Assembly: GCA_963842945.1 (NCBI GenBank)
Contig: CAWJIM010000002.1
Location: 192,001 to 256,000, forward strand
Source of the DNA: an uncultured Gemmatimonadales bacterium
GTDB lineage: Bacteria; Gemmatimonadota; Gemmatimonadetes; Gemmatimonadales; GWC2-71-9
Direction: 5' to 3'
DNA length: 64,000 bases
The notes under the pieces are model-generated. The model saw only the letters and a list, made by a program, of their open reading frames with translations, made no database searches and was not told where the DNA came from. Of this stretch, positions 1-10,977 are shown one piece after another (position 1 is the stretch's first letter; each line of letters opens with the position of its first letter). A program made the translations under genes and the position numbers.

Positions 1-385
1 CCAGGAACTGATGGCTCAGCCGGTCGATTCGCCGAGAGGCCCAGGGCATCACGTACCAATCCAGCCCATGGCAAACCCACACCGCGGGGCATCCGGCAGC
101 GAGGGGAATGGAGTACTTGGGGTTGTACAGCAGCTCGATCCCGTGGCGGCGTACCGCTTGAGGTACCGCTATTTGATCCCAGGTGAGAACCGATCGAGCG
201 GAGATGGCAATCTCTTCAACCCCGGCCTCGTTTTTATAGGTGCCGATCAGCCCAGGGTTGCGGTACAGAAAGACGAACTCGTGCCCCGTCCCGAGGTCCA
301 GGAGGGCACGCAACAATCGTTGCGTATAAACCTTGACCCCACCACCGTGCTGATCGTAATGGCGCAGCATGACCCCAATGCGCAC
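1..385 (-). CDS. Glycosyltransferase family 4 (GT-B) protein, N-terminal part, runs off the window start
   Basis: Manual minus-strand translation from GTG at 385: VRIGVMLRHYDQHGGGVKVYTQRLLRALL...HEFVFLY...LTWDQIAVPQAVRRHGIELLYNPKYSIPL...WVCHGLDW, a typical GT4 N-terminal domain. Confidence 0.75.
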   Translation of the reverse strand, partial: MRIGVMLRHYDQHGGGVKVYTQRLLRALLDLGTGHEFVFLYRNPGLIGTYKNEAGVEEIAISARSVLTWDQIAVPQAVRRHGIELLYNPKYSIPLAAGCPAVWVCHGLDWYVMPWASRRIDRLSHQFL

Positions 386-431
386 CGATATCGCTCCCGT
401 TGGAGTTCAGCAGAGTAAGCTACACCGCCCC

Positions 432-791
432 CTACTCGCACGCCGGAGCGGAATCCAGCTCGATCGGAATCATTCGGGGATCGGTGTCGGCGGGAAAGCC
501 GGTGCTGTCTGCTGGGGTCAGACTGTCGACGAGCCCGGTATCGATGAAGGCTTGCATCCGATGATCGATGCAGCGGAGCACCAGACGGGAAGGTTCATCG
601 GTCGGTAAACCCGTGATCTCCCTGGCGGCCGGCAGCTGGACCGAGGTGGTGAGCACATCTCCGCCGGCAGTGGTGTCCTCCTCTACCGTCCATTCGGCCG
701 GAATCAGCTCCTCCGAGGCCGTAGGCTGGTCTACCCGGCGAGGGGAACAGCCCGCGAGCAGAAGGCAGGCAAGGAGCGCGACGCTACGCAC
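432..791 (-). CDS. Hypothetical lipoprotein
   Basis: ORF with signal peptide and lipobox (LLLAGC). Confidence 0.6.
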   Translation of the reverse strand: MRSVALLACLLLAGCSPRRVDQPTASEELIPAEWTVEEDTTAGGDVLTTSVQLPAAREITGLPTDEPSRLVLRCIDHRMQAFIDTGLVDSLTPADSTGFPADTDPRMIPIELDSAPACE

Positions 792-815
792 AGAACCTCC
801 AGTACACGCTTGAGC

Positions 816-868
816 AAAGAAGAACAGCCGCGGCGGGCCAAATCTCCTGGCCTGCCGTGGCTGTTCGG
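816..868 (-). terminator. Rho-independent terminator downstream of the PKD protein gene
   Basis: Stem GAACAGCCGCGGCGGGCCA / TGGCCTGCCGTGGCTGTTC followed on the minus strand by TTCTTT. Confidence 0.6.
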
Positions 869-884
869 TCGATAGTGCTGCGAA

Positions 885-1610
885 CTAGTTACCGGTCGGG
901 AGTGCCGTCAGCGTCATCTGAAGATCGTTGAAATCGTTGTCGCCCCCATCCTCATAGGTCAGGGTCCAGACCGGGTACTCTCCGGTAACCTGCAGCCGGG
1001 GCGCGTTGGCCAGCAACGGCGCCACCACCTCGGCACCGATCTCCGTCCCCGCCGCAAACGGACCGGAGAAGATGATCTGCTTGCCGGCCGACTCATAACA
1101 GCCATCGTCGGTCAGCGTGCCACCCACCGGAGCGGTGGTGCGGAAGATGTTGCCATGGGCCTCACAGCTCGAGCTGTTCAGGACCACCTTGAAGCCGGCT
1201 TCCTGCTCCAGCTTCAGAGTACACGCCACGAAACCACCCGGCGCGGAGCCGTCCACGCAGGAGAGAGAGGTGACGATCGGGGCCTTGGGATTGACGTTCT
1301 TCGTGATCGAGCTGGTCATGCCCTTGCTCGTCGGTGACCGTGAGGGTCACCGGGTAGGTCCCGGCAGCCGAATAGACGTAGAACGGATTCTTCTGAGCGG
1401 AGCCGGCGCTGCCGAAGTTCCAGTTCCAGGAAACGATCTCGCCATCATCGCTGCTGGATCCTGGAAATCACATCTCAGAGCCGAGCAGGCCGAAGAGAAG
1501 CCGGCGACCGGCGCCTGGTTCTCCTCCTGTTGCTTGGTGGGCTCATCTTTGCAGGCCGTGACCAGGCCCGCTCCAAGCGTTGCTACTGCGAGCCAAATCA
1601 TCGCTCTCAT
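885..1610 (-). CDS. PKD-domain lipoprotein with C-terminal DNDFND-motif domain (frameshifted)
   Basis: Lipobox LVTAC; NQAPVAGFS...VTLTVTDEQG PKD signatures across ORFs 1347-1610, 1162-1350 and 885-1319; C-terminus TYEDGGDNDFNDLQMTLTA. Confidence 0.7.
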
Positions 1611-1758
1611 GGTGCGCCTCAGGGGGTAGGGTGGTGGTCGTTCACGCTGCGGAATCGGCCGCAGACTTCCGTCTTACCCGCCGGGGGGAGTGTCCCCGGC
1701 GGGCACTGCGACTGCTTGGAAATGGTCTAGTGGTGTAGGCTCTAGAGGTTCCTTCCAG

Positions 1759-1784
1759 CCCGCCGGAGGCGAGCCTCCGGCGGG
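1759..1784. terminator. Perfect GC hairpin between the two PKD genes
   Basis: CCCGCCGGAGGC-GA-GCCTCCGGCGGG. Confidence 0.45.
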
Positions 1785-1796
1785 GTCCTGCTCGAC

Positions 1797-2844
1797 CTAC
1801 TACTGCCTCGCGGTAACCGTGACAGTACCACATCGTTGAAGTCGGGCTCGCCCGGGCCGGTCGGATTGCCACCGTCATCAATGTTGATGGTCCAGTTCGG
1901 GAAGGTTCCCTCAATGTGGGCTGCGGGTGCTCCCGGAGTCGGGCTGCCGACGCTGGCCGTGCCCTGCTGGAATCGGAACCGCACCGGTACCGGTGATCGT
2001 CACCGGCGCTCCGTTGGCATCGAGCAGGGTCTTCGTTGCTCCAGGAAGGAGCGCGCACGGTGTTGAAGAAGACGGCCTGGCCATACGGCTGCAGTGACTG
2101 TAAGGTTGTTCCCCGCCAGCTCGCACTCACTTCCGGTCAGAGTGGCCGTCACGTGAGATGCGGTTGTGATCCCAAGCTCACAAATGACCGAGCTGCCAAC
2201 CGTGGTGCAGGCCTGGGTCGATGCAGCCGCCACCGTAACCTGCTGGGTGAAGGGAGTGCTCGCCGCACCCTGATCGTCGGTCACCGTAAGGGAGACGGTA
2301 TAGTTGCCCGCGACTGCGAAACGGTGAGTCGGGCTCTGGGTGGTCACCACCGCAGTGCCATCCCCGAAGTTCCAGCTCCAGGTAAGAGCATCCCCATCGA
2401 GGTCGGTGCTCGTGTCCGTAAACTGACAGTCGACGTTCACCGTGCAGGGTCCGCCGGTGAAGCTGGCGGTGGGGGGAGTGTTGGTCGGGGTCCCGCCGCT
2501 GACGGTCACCGCCAGGGTCTTGGTGTTCGACTTACCGCCGTTGTCGGTCACCGTGAGCGTCACCGTCGGCGTTCCGGCGGTGGCATAGGTATGGCTCGGA
2601 GTAGCCCCGGGTTGTCCACCGTGGTGCCGTCGCCGAAGTCCCAGTGCCGAGTGGTGATCGTGTTATCGCCGTCCGGATCGCTGCTGAGGTCGGCAAAACT
2701 GCAGGCGACAGCCACGGTACACGGCCCACCGGTGAAGTTGGCGATTGGGTCGGTGTTCGGACCGGTGCCACTGTCGTCGCCACCACAGGCCCACGCAGCA
2801 GCGAGAATGACAGTTGTTGCAGCTATCAGGGGGATTGATCGCAT
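1797..2844 (-). CDS. Tandem-PKD lipoprotein with C-terminal EPDFND-motif domain (frameshifted; 3' end approximate)
   Basis: MRSIPLIAATTVILAAAWAC signal; two PKD repeats (WDFGDG and WNFGDG; VTLTVTD); C-terminus NIDDGGNPTGPGEPDFNDVVL. Confidence 0.75.
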
Positions 2845-2934
2845 AGAGTCTTCCCAGCCAAGAGTGACGGTGTATCGAACAAGGAATCGGCGGAGTTGGT
2901 TGCGCGTGACTGTACGCGACCCGCGCGCCGGTTG

Positions 2935-2950
2935 AGCCAGAGGCGTGCCA
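2935..2950 (-). promoter_or_regulatory. Candidate sigma-54 -24/-12 promoter for the PKD genes
   Basis: Minus strand TGGCACGCCTCTGGCT has GG and GC at the consensus spacing, about 90 bp upstream of ATG 2844. Confidence 0.35.
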
Positions 2951-3202
2951 GTGGCAGACACCCCACCGGGATGCCATACCACCGTAGTCCAACAAACGAC
3001 GCCACATACACCTACAACCTTGCACCGCGAACGCCTCACAACGGTGCGACGGGCCCACAATTGTGGCGGGCAGGCCATACCCGGCGCAGCCAGTCTACCT
3101 AGGGTGTAGCACCGCCGCTGGTTCGTACATCACACTCAACCTCGCCGACACCCTTCGGTTGACTCGACGCGCTTGGCCGGGATAGGTTTGCGGGCTGTAA
3201 CC

Positions 3203-4158
3203 ATGACGGACCTGTCGCTGTCGCGCAGCCAGATGCTGCTCCTGAGCGGGTCGGCCAACCGCGCCCTCGCTGACCGAGGTGGCCGCCCATCTGGGGCAGC
3301 CCCTCTGCCAGGTCACGCTCCGGCGCTTCGCCGACGGCGAGATCTTCGTCAAGATCGATGAGAACGTCCGGGGTCGGGATGTGTACATCATCCAGCCGAC
3401 CAACCCGCCGGCGGAGAACATGATGGAGCTTCTGCTCCTCATGGATGCCGCCAAGCGGGCCAGCGCGGCCCGGGTCACGTCGGTGATTCCGTACTTCGGC
3501 TACGCCCGGCAGGACCGAAAGGACCAGCCCCGCGTCGCGATCAGCGCCAAGCTGATGGCGAATATGGTCTCCATGGCGGGAGCCGACCGGGTGCTGGCGA
3601 TGGACTTCCATCAGCACCAGCTGCAGGGGTTCTTCGACCTTCCGGTGGATCACCTGTACGCCGCGCCGGTCTTCGTGAACCACTACCGGCAGAAGAGCCT
3701 GCGGGACCTGGTGATCGTGGCGCCGGACGTGGGCTCGGCCAAGATGGCGCGGGGCTTTGCCAAGCGGCTCAACGCTTCTCTGGCCATCATCGATAAGCGG
3801 CGGCCCTCGGCGAACATAGCCGAGGTGCTTAACGTGGTGGGTGAGGTCACCGGGAAGGACTGCATCATCCCGGACGACATGATCGATACCGCCGGAACCA
3901 TGGCGGAGGCGGTGACCGCGCTTGAAGCGGCTGGGCGCGCAGGACGTGTACTGTTGCGCCACCCATGCCCTGCTCTCCGGTCCCGCTGTCGACCGACTGA
4001 TGGCATCGGGGGTAAAAGAAGTGGCGGTCACCAACACGATTGCCATACCGCCCGAGCGCCGTTTCGACCGGCTTAAGGTGCTGTCGATTGCGGGGCTCCT
4101 GGCCAAGGCTATCGGATACACGCATAGCGACCAGTCGGTGAGTTCGTTGTTTGATTAG
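3203..4158 (+). CDS. prs: Ribose-phosphate pyrophosphokinase (frameshifted)
   Basis: FADGEIFVKIDENVRG, YFGYARQDRK, APDVGSAK, DDMIDTAGT motifs; stitched from ORFs 3173, 3279 and 3922. Confidence 0.95.
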
Positions 4159-4207
4159 ATCGCCATGGGTCGCGACCCGCGTCTCGTGACTTAAAGAAGG
4201 AACCACA

Positions 4208-4877
4208 ATGGCTCAGCAAGCAAACCTCCAAGCCGCTAGCCGGAATACCACCGGCAAGGGCGCCGCCCGCAGCCTCCGGCGTCAGGGCAAGGTCCCGGGC
4301 GTCATCTACGGCCACAACCGGCCGCCCGGAGACCCTGGCGATCGAAGCGTCCGCCCTGAGCAAGATGCTGATCGGGATCAGCGCGGGAACCACCGTTTTC
4401 GATGTCGTGGTGGACGGACGTCCGGCGGTGAAGGCCCTCATCCGGGAGATTCAACGGGACTCCGTCCGGCCGGCCGAGATCCTGCACCTGGATCTCTATG
4501 AGGTCCGCGCCGACGAAAAGGTCACACTTTCCGTGCCCATCCACCTGACCGGCATTCCCGACGGGGTGCGGAACTTTGGCGGCGTGCTCGACCACGTGCT
4601 GCGCGAGCTGGAGATCGAGGTGCTGCCGGCGGACATTCCGGAGCACGTGGAGCTCGATGTGACCGCCCTGGCCATCGGCCACTCGATGTTTGTCCGCGAC
4701 CTGCGGGTAGAGAAAGCGGAGATCCTGAATGACCCGGACACCCCGGTGTGCACCGTCGTGGCTCCGCGGACTGAAGAGGCACCCGCGCCGGTGGAGGAAG
4801 CCGTGGCGCCGACCGAGCCCGAGCTCATCCGGAAGCCCAAGCCCGACGCCGAGGCAGAGGCCGAACCGAAAGCCTGA
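4208..4877 (+). CDS. rplY: 50S ribosomal protein L25/Ctc (frameshifted)
   Basis: GKGAARSLRRQGKVPGVIYG...ILHLDLYEV...GVRNFGGVL; located after prs. Confidence 0.95.
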
Positions 4878-4892
4878 GCCCTGCACACAATT

Positions 4893-5448
4893 GTGGGGCT
4901 CGGCAACCCCGGCCCGGAGTACGAGCGCACACGTCACAACGCCGGGTTCGTGCTCGCCGATCGGTTGGTGTCGCGCTGGCAGCTGGGGCAGTTTCGGCGG
5001 GTCGACCGGGCCCGCGAGGCGCGCGGTACCTGGCAGGGCACTCCGGTTACTGCTCGTCAAGCCGCAGACCTACATGAATCGGAGCGGCGCAGCAGTCGCG
5101 CCGCTCCGTACCCTCCCCCAGTTCGATCCCAGCCAGCATCTCCTCATTCTGGTGGACGACGTCGCACTCCCCGTGGGGCGGTTCCGGCTCCGTGGCGCGG
5201 GCTCGGCCGGGGGACACAACGGTCTCAAGAGCATCGAGGGAACGCTGCAAAGGCAAGACTATTCCCGGCTCCGAATCGGGGTGGGACCTGCCCCGCCGGG
5301 ACTGGATGATCTCGCCGATTTCGTGCTGGACGAGTTCACCCCGGAAGAACAGAAAACCATCGAGAGCCTGCTCGATCCAATGAGTGAAGCCGTCGAATGC
5401 TGGATCGAGAATGGTATAGAAAAGGCAATGAACCAGTTCAATCGATGA
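4893..5448 (+). CDS. pth: Peptidyl-tRNA hydrolase (frameshifted)
   Basis: [47 protein letters not shown]. Confidence 0.95.
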
Positions 5449-5550
5449 AGTCGGAGTCAGGAGTCGGGCGGATGCGGCAAGCTCAGCATGCGGCTCCGAA
5501 TCTGACCTCGCTCATGTCTCGAACCCTGACTCGCTGACCTCCTGACTGAT
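5449..5550. repeat. Intergenic inverted arms of degenerate heptamers (AGTCGG/AGTCAG versus CTGACT)
   Basis: agtcggagtcaggagtcggg ... ctgactcgctgacctcctgactga. Confidence 0.5.
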
Positions 5551-5552
5551 CC

Positions 5553-6650
5553 ATGCTAAGACTCGGAATCGTAGGCCTGCCCAATGTTGGCAAGTCCACG
5601 CTGTTTAACGCCCTCACCTCCGCGAAAGCGCTGGTAGCGAACTATCCCTTTGCTACCATCGAGCCCAATACCGGAATCGTGCAGGTACCCGACCGGCGGC
5701 TCGAGGCGCTGGCGCAGATTGTCAAGCCGGAGCGCACGGTTCCGGCTGCGGTGGAGTTCGTGGATATTGCCGGCCTGGTCAAGGGTGCCAGTGAGGGGGA
5801 GGGGTTGGGTAACCAGTTTCTCGCCAACATTCGCGAGGTCGATGCCATTCTCCACGTGGTGCGCTGTTTCGAGGACCCCGATGTGCAGCACGTCATGGGT
5901 GGAGTCGACCCGGTGCGGGATCGGGAGATCATCGACATCGAGCTCGGGCTGGCCGATCTTGCCAGCGTCGAGAAGCGGCTCGACAAAACCGTTCGAGCGG
6001 CAAAGTCGGGCGACGCCCAATCCAAGCTGGAGCAGCGCCTGCTGGAGCGGCTGCAGCAGGCACTCGCCGCGGGACAGCCTGCCCGGGTTGTGGTTCCCAC
6101 CGATGAGGAGGCGCCGAGCTACCGGTCGTTCAACCTGCTGACCGCCAAGCCGGTCCTCTACGCCGCCAACGTGGGCGAGGAGGACATCGCCTCGGGTAAC
6201 CAGTACGTGGATCAACTCCGCAGCGCGCTGACTCGGGAGCAGGGGACGGCGGAGGTGGTCACTTTCTCCGCCCAGGTGGAAGCCGAGCTGGCCGAGCTCG
6301 CACCCGAGGACCGCGCCGAGTTTCTCGCCTCATTGGGGCTCAAGGAATCGGGATTGGACCGTCTGGCCCATGCGGCTTATCACTTGCTCGGGCTCCAGAG
6401 CTACTTCACCGCCGGAGAGAAGGAAGTGCGGGCGTGGACCGTCCACCGGGGCGACAAGGCGCCGGTCGCCGCCGGCGTTATCCACTCCGATTTCGAGAAG
6501 GGGTTCATTCGGGCGGAGACAGTGGCCTACGACGACTTCGTCCGGGTAGGTGGATGGAAGCCGGCCCGGGAGCAGGGACTCTCCCGGGCCGAGGGTAAGG
6601 AATACGTCGTTCAGGACGGCGACGTCATGTTGTTTCGGTTTAGTAGTTGA
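5553..6650 (+). CDS. ychF: Redox-regulated ATPase YchF
   Basis: GIVGLPNVGKSTLFNALT, NYPFATIEPN, DIAGLVKGAS, TGS domain with EGKEYVVQDGDV. Confidence 0.97.
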   Translation: MLRLGIVGLPNVGKSTLFNALTSAKALVANYPFATIEPNTGIVQVPDRRLEALAQIVKPERTVPAAVEFVDIAGLVKGASEGEGLGNQFLANIREVDAILHVVRCFEDPDVQHVMGGVDPVRDREIIDIELGLADLASVEKRLDKTVRAAKSGDAQSKLEQRLLERLQQALAAGQPARVVVPTDEEAPSYRSFNLLTAKPVLYAANVGEEDIASGNQYVDQLRSALTREQGTAEVVTFSAQVEAELAELAPEDRAEFLASLGLKESGLDRLAHAAYHLLGLQSYFTAGEKEVRAWTVHRGDKAPVAAGVIHSDFEKGFIRAETVAYDDFVRVGGWKPAREQGLSRAEGKEYVVQDGDVMLFRFSS

Positions 6651-6776
6651 GCAAACTTCCCCGCTTCCCTCCGTCCCCACTTCCCGGCTATTTTTGACCC
6701 CACATATCTCCTCCCCGACCCACACCAGGCGCGGGGCAACCGAGCCCAACCGGGCTCCAGTCCAAAGGAAGGTGCC

Positions 6777-7118
6777 ATGACCCGTCAGTACGAGGTGGTC
6801 TATATCTTCGACAGTGCGCTCGAAGAGACCGCCATCAATGAGCGCCTCACGCGCTTCCATGCCCTGATTCAGCAATCCGGCGCCGAGCCTCCCCAAGTGA
6901 ACCACTGGGGCAAGCGCACCCTGGCCTATCCAGTCAAGAAACATGAGACCGGTTACTACGTGGTCGCCAAGTTCGACGCGGAGGCCACGGCGCTCCCGGA
7001 ATTCGAGCGCGCCATCAAGCTGGATGAGGGAGTGCTCCGGCATCTCGTAGTGGTCAGCGAGGGAGCCCAGCCGGTCCCGGTGACTGCCGGCAAGAGCGAT
7101 GAGGAGGATGACGAATGA
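6777..7118 (+). CDS. rpsF: 30S ribosomal protein S6
   Basis: YEVVYIF...[10 protein letters not shown]...VLRHLVV. Confidence 0.96.
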   Translation: MTRQYEVVYIFDSALEETAINERLTRFHALIQQSGAEPPQVNHWGKRTLAYPVKKHETGYYVVAKFDAEATALPEFERAIKLDEGVLRHLVVVSEGAQPVPVTAGKSDEEDDE

Positions 7119-7336
7119 GGCGCCCTCAGAAAACCTGTGCCATCTGTGAGTCCGGAGTTCGCATCGTCGACTTCAAGGATGAGCGCACCCTGTCCCGATT
7201 CCTGACCGAGCGGGGAAAGATTCTTCCCAGCCGTCTTTCGGGAACCTGCGCTCGGCACCAGCGTCAGCTCAGCACCGCCATCAAGCGGGCTCGCCAACTG
7301 GCTCTGCTGCCGTACATCAAGGGTTTCGGCGGCTGA
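7115..7336 (+). CDS. rpsR: 30S ribosomal protein S18 (zinc-binding C+ type)
   Basis: CAIC...[22 protein letters not shown]...[13 protein letters not shown]. Confidence 0.96.
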   Translation: MRRPQKTCAICESGVRIVDFKDERTLSRFLTERGKILPSRLSGTCARHQRQLSTAIKRARQLALLPYIKGFGG

Positions 7337-8285
7337 CGTCGTCCTGGCAGGAACCGAGAACAGGAGCAGGGTCGCCGCGGAAGCAGTTCGGGGCATTTCT
7401 CGCCCTGATCGGCTATTTGCTGGTGGCCCCGCCTGGGCTCCTCTTTGGACCACTCGCCGGGCTCCTCCTCCTCAGCCGGCCTCGCAGTGTTCGCGAGTGG
7501 CTGTGGCTGCTGGGGACGGCCACCTGGTCGGCCTTGTGGCTGGATCAAGCAGGCGGGCTGGCCGGCCAGTTTGCCCGTGCGGAGGCGGTTCTAATTACCG
7601 GGTCGTACCTGGCGCTCACGCTGTGGCGTCCCTCAGCCCAGTTCTCCCGCGCCCTTACCGCTACCGGAATTGGGGGCGTCGCGCTGGTGGTGTGGATGTG
7701 GTATTTCGGGGTGAGCTGGACCGCAGTTCGCGAGGCGATCGAACAGGATCTCTGGCGCTATAACCGTGACTTCGTCATGCGCCTGGGACAAGTTGCTCCG
7801 GGAATGAGCGATGCAGGAGTGCTGAACGAGATGTCAGCCATGGTGCGCTCGATCGCCCTGCTCTACCCCGCACTGCTCGCGCTCGCCAGCATGGCCGGGA
7901 TCACACTTGCCTGGGTATGGCATCGTCGGATCGCTCGGCAGCCGCTCGGCCCTGCTCCGGCCGGCTTTTCCGCGTTCGAGTTCAGCGACCAGCTGGTCTG
8001 GGGATGGGTTATCGGACTCGCCCTGTGTTTGACACCGCTGCCCGAGGTCTGGAGCTCGGTCGGCGCGAATCTGCTGCTGGTCTGGGCCGTGCTATATGCG
8101 GTTCGCGGGCTGGCGGTATTCGCCGTCGGAACCCGCAGAGTTCCGGCCCCGGTCATTGCTACGCTGTCACTGGTTGCCATGCTTCTCTTGCCGTTCGTCG
8201 TGGGCGGGCTGACCCTGCTGGGCCTGGCCGACACCTGGCTAGATTTCCGACGTCGCCTTGCCGACGTCGGCCACCTGAGGGAACC
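7336..8285 (+). CDS. DUF2232/YybS-like membrane protein (ends approximate)
   Basis: Multi-TM ORF between rpsR and rplI ending [14 protein letters not shown], the typical DUF2232 C-terminus. Confidence 0.75.
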
Positions 8286-8289
8286 TCCA

Positions 8290-8735
8290 ATGATCGAAGT
8301 GATACTCCGTGAAGACATCCAGACTCTGGGCCGAGCCGGAGAGATGGTGCGGGTGAAGCCGGGGTACGCCCGGAACTACTTGCTGCCCCAGGGCCTGGCC
8401 TACGAGGCGACCGAGGGAAACAGGAAGCGGATCGCCGCGGAAACCCGGGTGCGTGCCGCCCGGAACCAGGCAGAGCGGTCCGAGGCTGAGCGGGTGGCGG
8501 GCACCTTGAGCGGGTGACGCTGACCTTGAAGGGCAAAGCCGGCGAGGAGGGGAAGCTGTTCGGCTCGATCACCTCGCAGGACATCGCCGATGCGCTGGCG
8601 CGCGAAGGGCACACATTCGATCAGCGGCGGATCGAACTGGAGCATCCGATCAAGACCACCGGTACACATGCGGTGAGCGTGCGGCTGCATCCCGAGGTTC
8701 ATGCCGAGCTACGCGTCTCTGTCGTCGCTGAGTGA
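8290..8735 (+). CDS. rplI: 50S ribosomal protein L9 (frameshifted)
   Basis: [37 protein letters not shown]...GKLFGSIT...[17 protein letters not shown]. Confidence 0.96.
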
Positions 8736-8745
8736 TCGACGGCCG

Positions 8746-10593
8746 ATGGCGGTGGGCATCGCCTACGTGGACGGTCCCCGCTTGGCGCGGTCGATCTTCG
8801 CGGCCGCCGACTGGGTGGCCGCGGGCCGCGAGGAGATCAACCGGATCAACGTCTTCCCGGTGCCCGATGGAGATACCGGCACCAACTTCAGCCTCACCCT
8901 TCGCGCCGTCGCCGACGCTCTCAGAGCGCTCGGCGACGCTTCGCTTCCGGCGACCGCCCGAACCATGGCTCGGGCCGCCGTGCTCGGCGCCCGGGGGAAC
9001 TCCGGCATGATGCTGGCCCACTTTCTCCTGGGGTTCACCGATGCGCTGGGTGACCGGAGCGTGGCCACCGCCCCCGATATCGCGCGGCAATTCGGAAGGG
9101 CGCGGATCGCCTCTACGAATCGCTGGAGGATCCCCGCGAGGGCACCATCCTCACCGTCGCCCGTGACGCGGCCGCTGCGGCCGAGCCGATCGCCCGAGCC
9201 ACCGGCGATATGGGCCGCTTCATGCGGCGGCTGCTGGAGGAGGGAGAGATGGCGCTGGCCCGAACACCCGAGCTGATGGCGGTGCTCAAGGAAGCCGGTG
9301 TGGTGGACGCAGGCGGCAAGGGATTCGTGCGGATGCTGGAGGGCGTGGTTCGCTACATCCAGGGCGATCCGATCGCCTCGGCTGGAGCTCGAAATTGAAA
9401 GCTCCGGAGCGGAGACATGCCTGCCGGCGCTGATGGACGTGGCCGCCGAAAGGGATTTCCAGTACTGCACCGAGGTCCTGGTCAGGGGCGACAGCCTTCC
9501 GCGAGCAAACGAGGTTCGTACCGCCATGCACGCCTTCGGCGGCTCCACGGTCGTGGCGGTGACGGGAGACATCCTCAAGATCCATGTGCACACGGATACC
9601 CCCGAGGCCGTCTTTACCTATGCAACGCGCTGGGGCCGGGTCGACAGCACCAAGGCGAGGATATGCGGGTCCAGCACCGGCAGCTGGCCCACACCAATCG
9701 GCGGCCCGGTAGCGATCGTAACCGACACCTCGGCCGATCTTTCCGACTCGTTGCTGGACCGGCACCGGATTGCCATGGTTCCGCTGCAGGTGATGTTCGG
9801 GGACTCGACGTTCCGGGATCGAGTGGAGCTCAAGCCGGAGGAGTTCTATCGAAGACTCGCGGACCTCGGCTGAGCTGCCGACCACCTCGCAGCCTGCTCC
9901 GGCGGACTTCATCCAGGTGTTCCGAGATGCGGCCAGGAGGCGGACGAGGTCGTGGCCGTGCTGCTCGGCTCCAACCTGTCGGGCACGTTCAATGCGGCCC
10001 AGGCCGCGATCAGGGCCGGGGGCTTGCAGGGCGTTCACCTGGTGGATAGCCGCTCCGGCCTCCCTGGGTGTCGGGCTTCTGGCTCTGCGGGGGGCGGAGT
10101 TGGCCGCCTCCGGCTGGAATGGGGCGCCAAATCGCCGAGGAGCTCAGACGGATTCAGCCGCACGCCGGTATGCTTCTTACGGTGGACGCGTATGACAATC
10201 TGCTGCGGTCAGGCCGAATTTCCCGGGGCAAGGCGTGGCTGGCCGGGATGCTGGACGTCAAGCCGATCCTCTCCTTTGGTGCCGATGGTAAGGTGGTTCC
10301 GATCGAGCGGGTCCGGGGTCGGGAGAATGTCGAGGCGCCGGGTGCTGGCACTGCTGGAACAGCGGCTGACTCCGCGCCCAAAGGTGGTCCGATTCGGGGT
10401 GGCTCATGCCGATGCCCCGGAGGCGGCCCAGCGAATCCGCGCCGCGCTGATCGAACGAAGTACCAACCCCGGGATGCTTGGTAAGTCTGGCCACGGGCGT
10501 ACTCGGCACCCACGTGGGACCCGGAGCCTGGGGCATCTTTTATCAGATCGAAGACGATGCACCACACCGAAGAGAGGACCCAAGACGGAATGA
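8746..10593 (+). CDS. DAK2 (FakA-like) plus DegV (FakB-like) fusion protein (several frameshifts)
   Basis: INRINVFPVPDGDTGTN, GARGNSG, GVVDAGGKG, YCTEV, KIHVHT, then AIVTDTSADL, PTTSQP, LLRSGRI and LGTHVGPGA. Confidence 0.85.
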
Positions 10594-10970
10594 TTCAGGA
10601 CGCTCGACCGGAGCGGACCATTGCCCAGCCTCCGGAAGCGCTGCGAATGGCGCTGAATGCGATACAGGATTTGAAGGGAAATCATCTCGTTGTGCTCGAC
10701 CTCCGCGGTCTGAACGACGCCACCGACTTCTTTGTGATTGCCTCGGGGACCTCTGACGCTCACGTTCGGGGTATCGCGGAGTCGGTGATGGAGAAGCTGG
10801 ACCGTCGCGGCCACCACACCCATCACGTGGAGGGCCTGAACGGCGGCCGCTGGGTTCTGCTCGATTTCGTGGACTTCGTCATCCACCTCTTTCACCCCGA
10901 GACCCGCTCCTTCTATCAACTCGAGCGGCTCTGGTACGATGCACCCGAGTTGCTGATCAGTGCTACCTAG
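10590..10970 (+). CDS. rsfS: Ribosome silencing factor
   Basis: KGNHLVVLDL...DFFVIASGTS...WVLLDFVDFVIHLF...FYQLERLW. Confidence 0.95.
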   Translation: MIQDARPERTIAQPPEALRMALNAIQDLKGNHLVVLDLRGLNDATDFFVIASGTSDAHVRGIAESVMEKLDRRGHHTHHVEGLNGGRWVLLDFVDFVIHLFHPETRSFYQLERLWYDAPELLISAT

Positions 10971-10977
10971 ATCGAGG

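Noticed and set aside
2850..3200. tRNA-Gln often found upstream of prs
   Set aside because: No cloverleaf or T-loop GTTCGA with matching stems was found.
6650..6776. S6:S18 ribosomal leader RNA
   Set aside because: Hairpins are present (for example GAGCCC-AACC-GGGCTC), but I could not match the consensus by eye; it needs an Infernal/Rfam search.
7417..8517. Apparent DUF2232-L9 fusion ORF
   Set aside because: L9 has its own ATG at 8290. The read-through is best explained by an indel near the DUF2232 stop.
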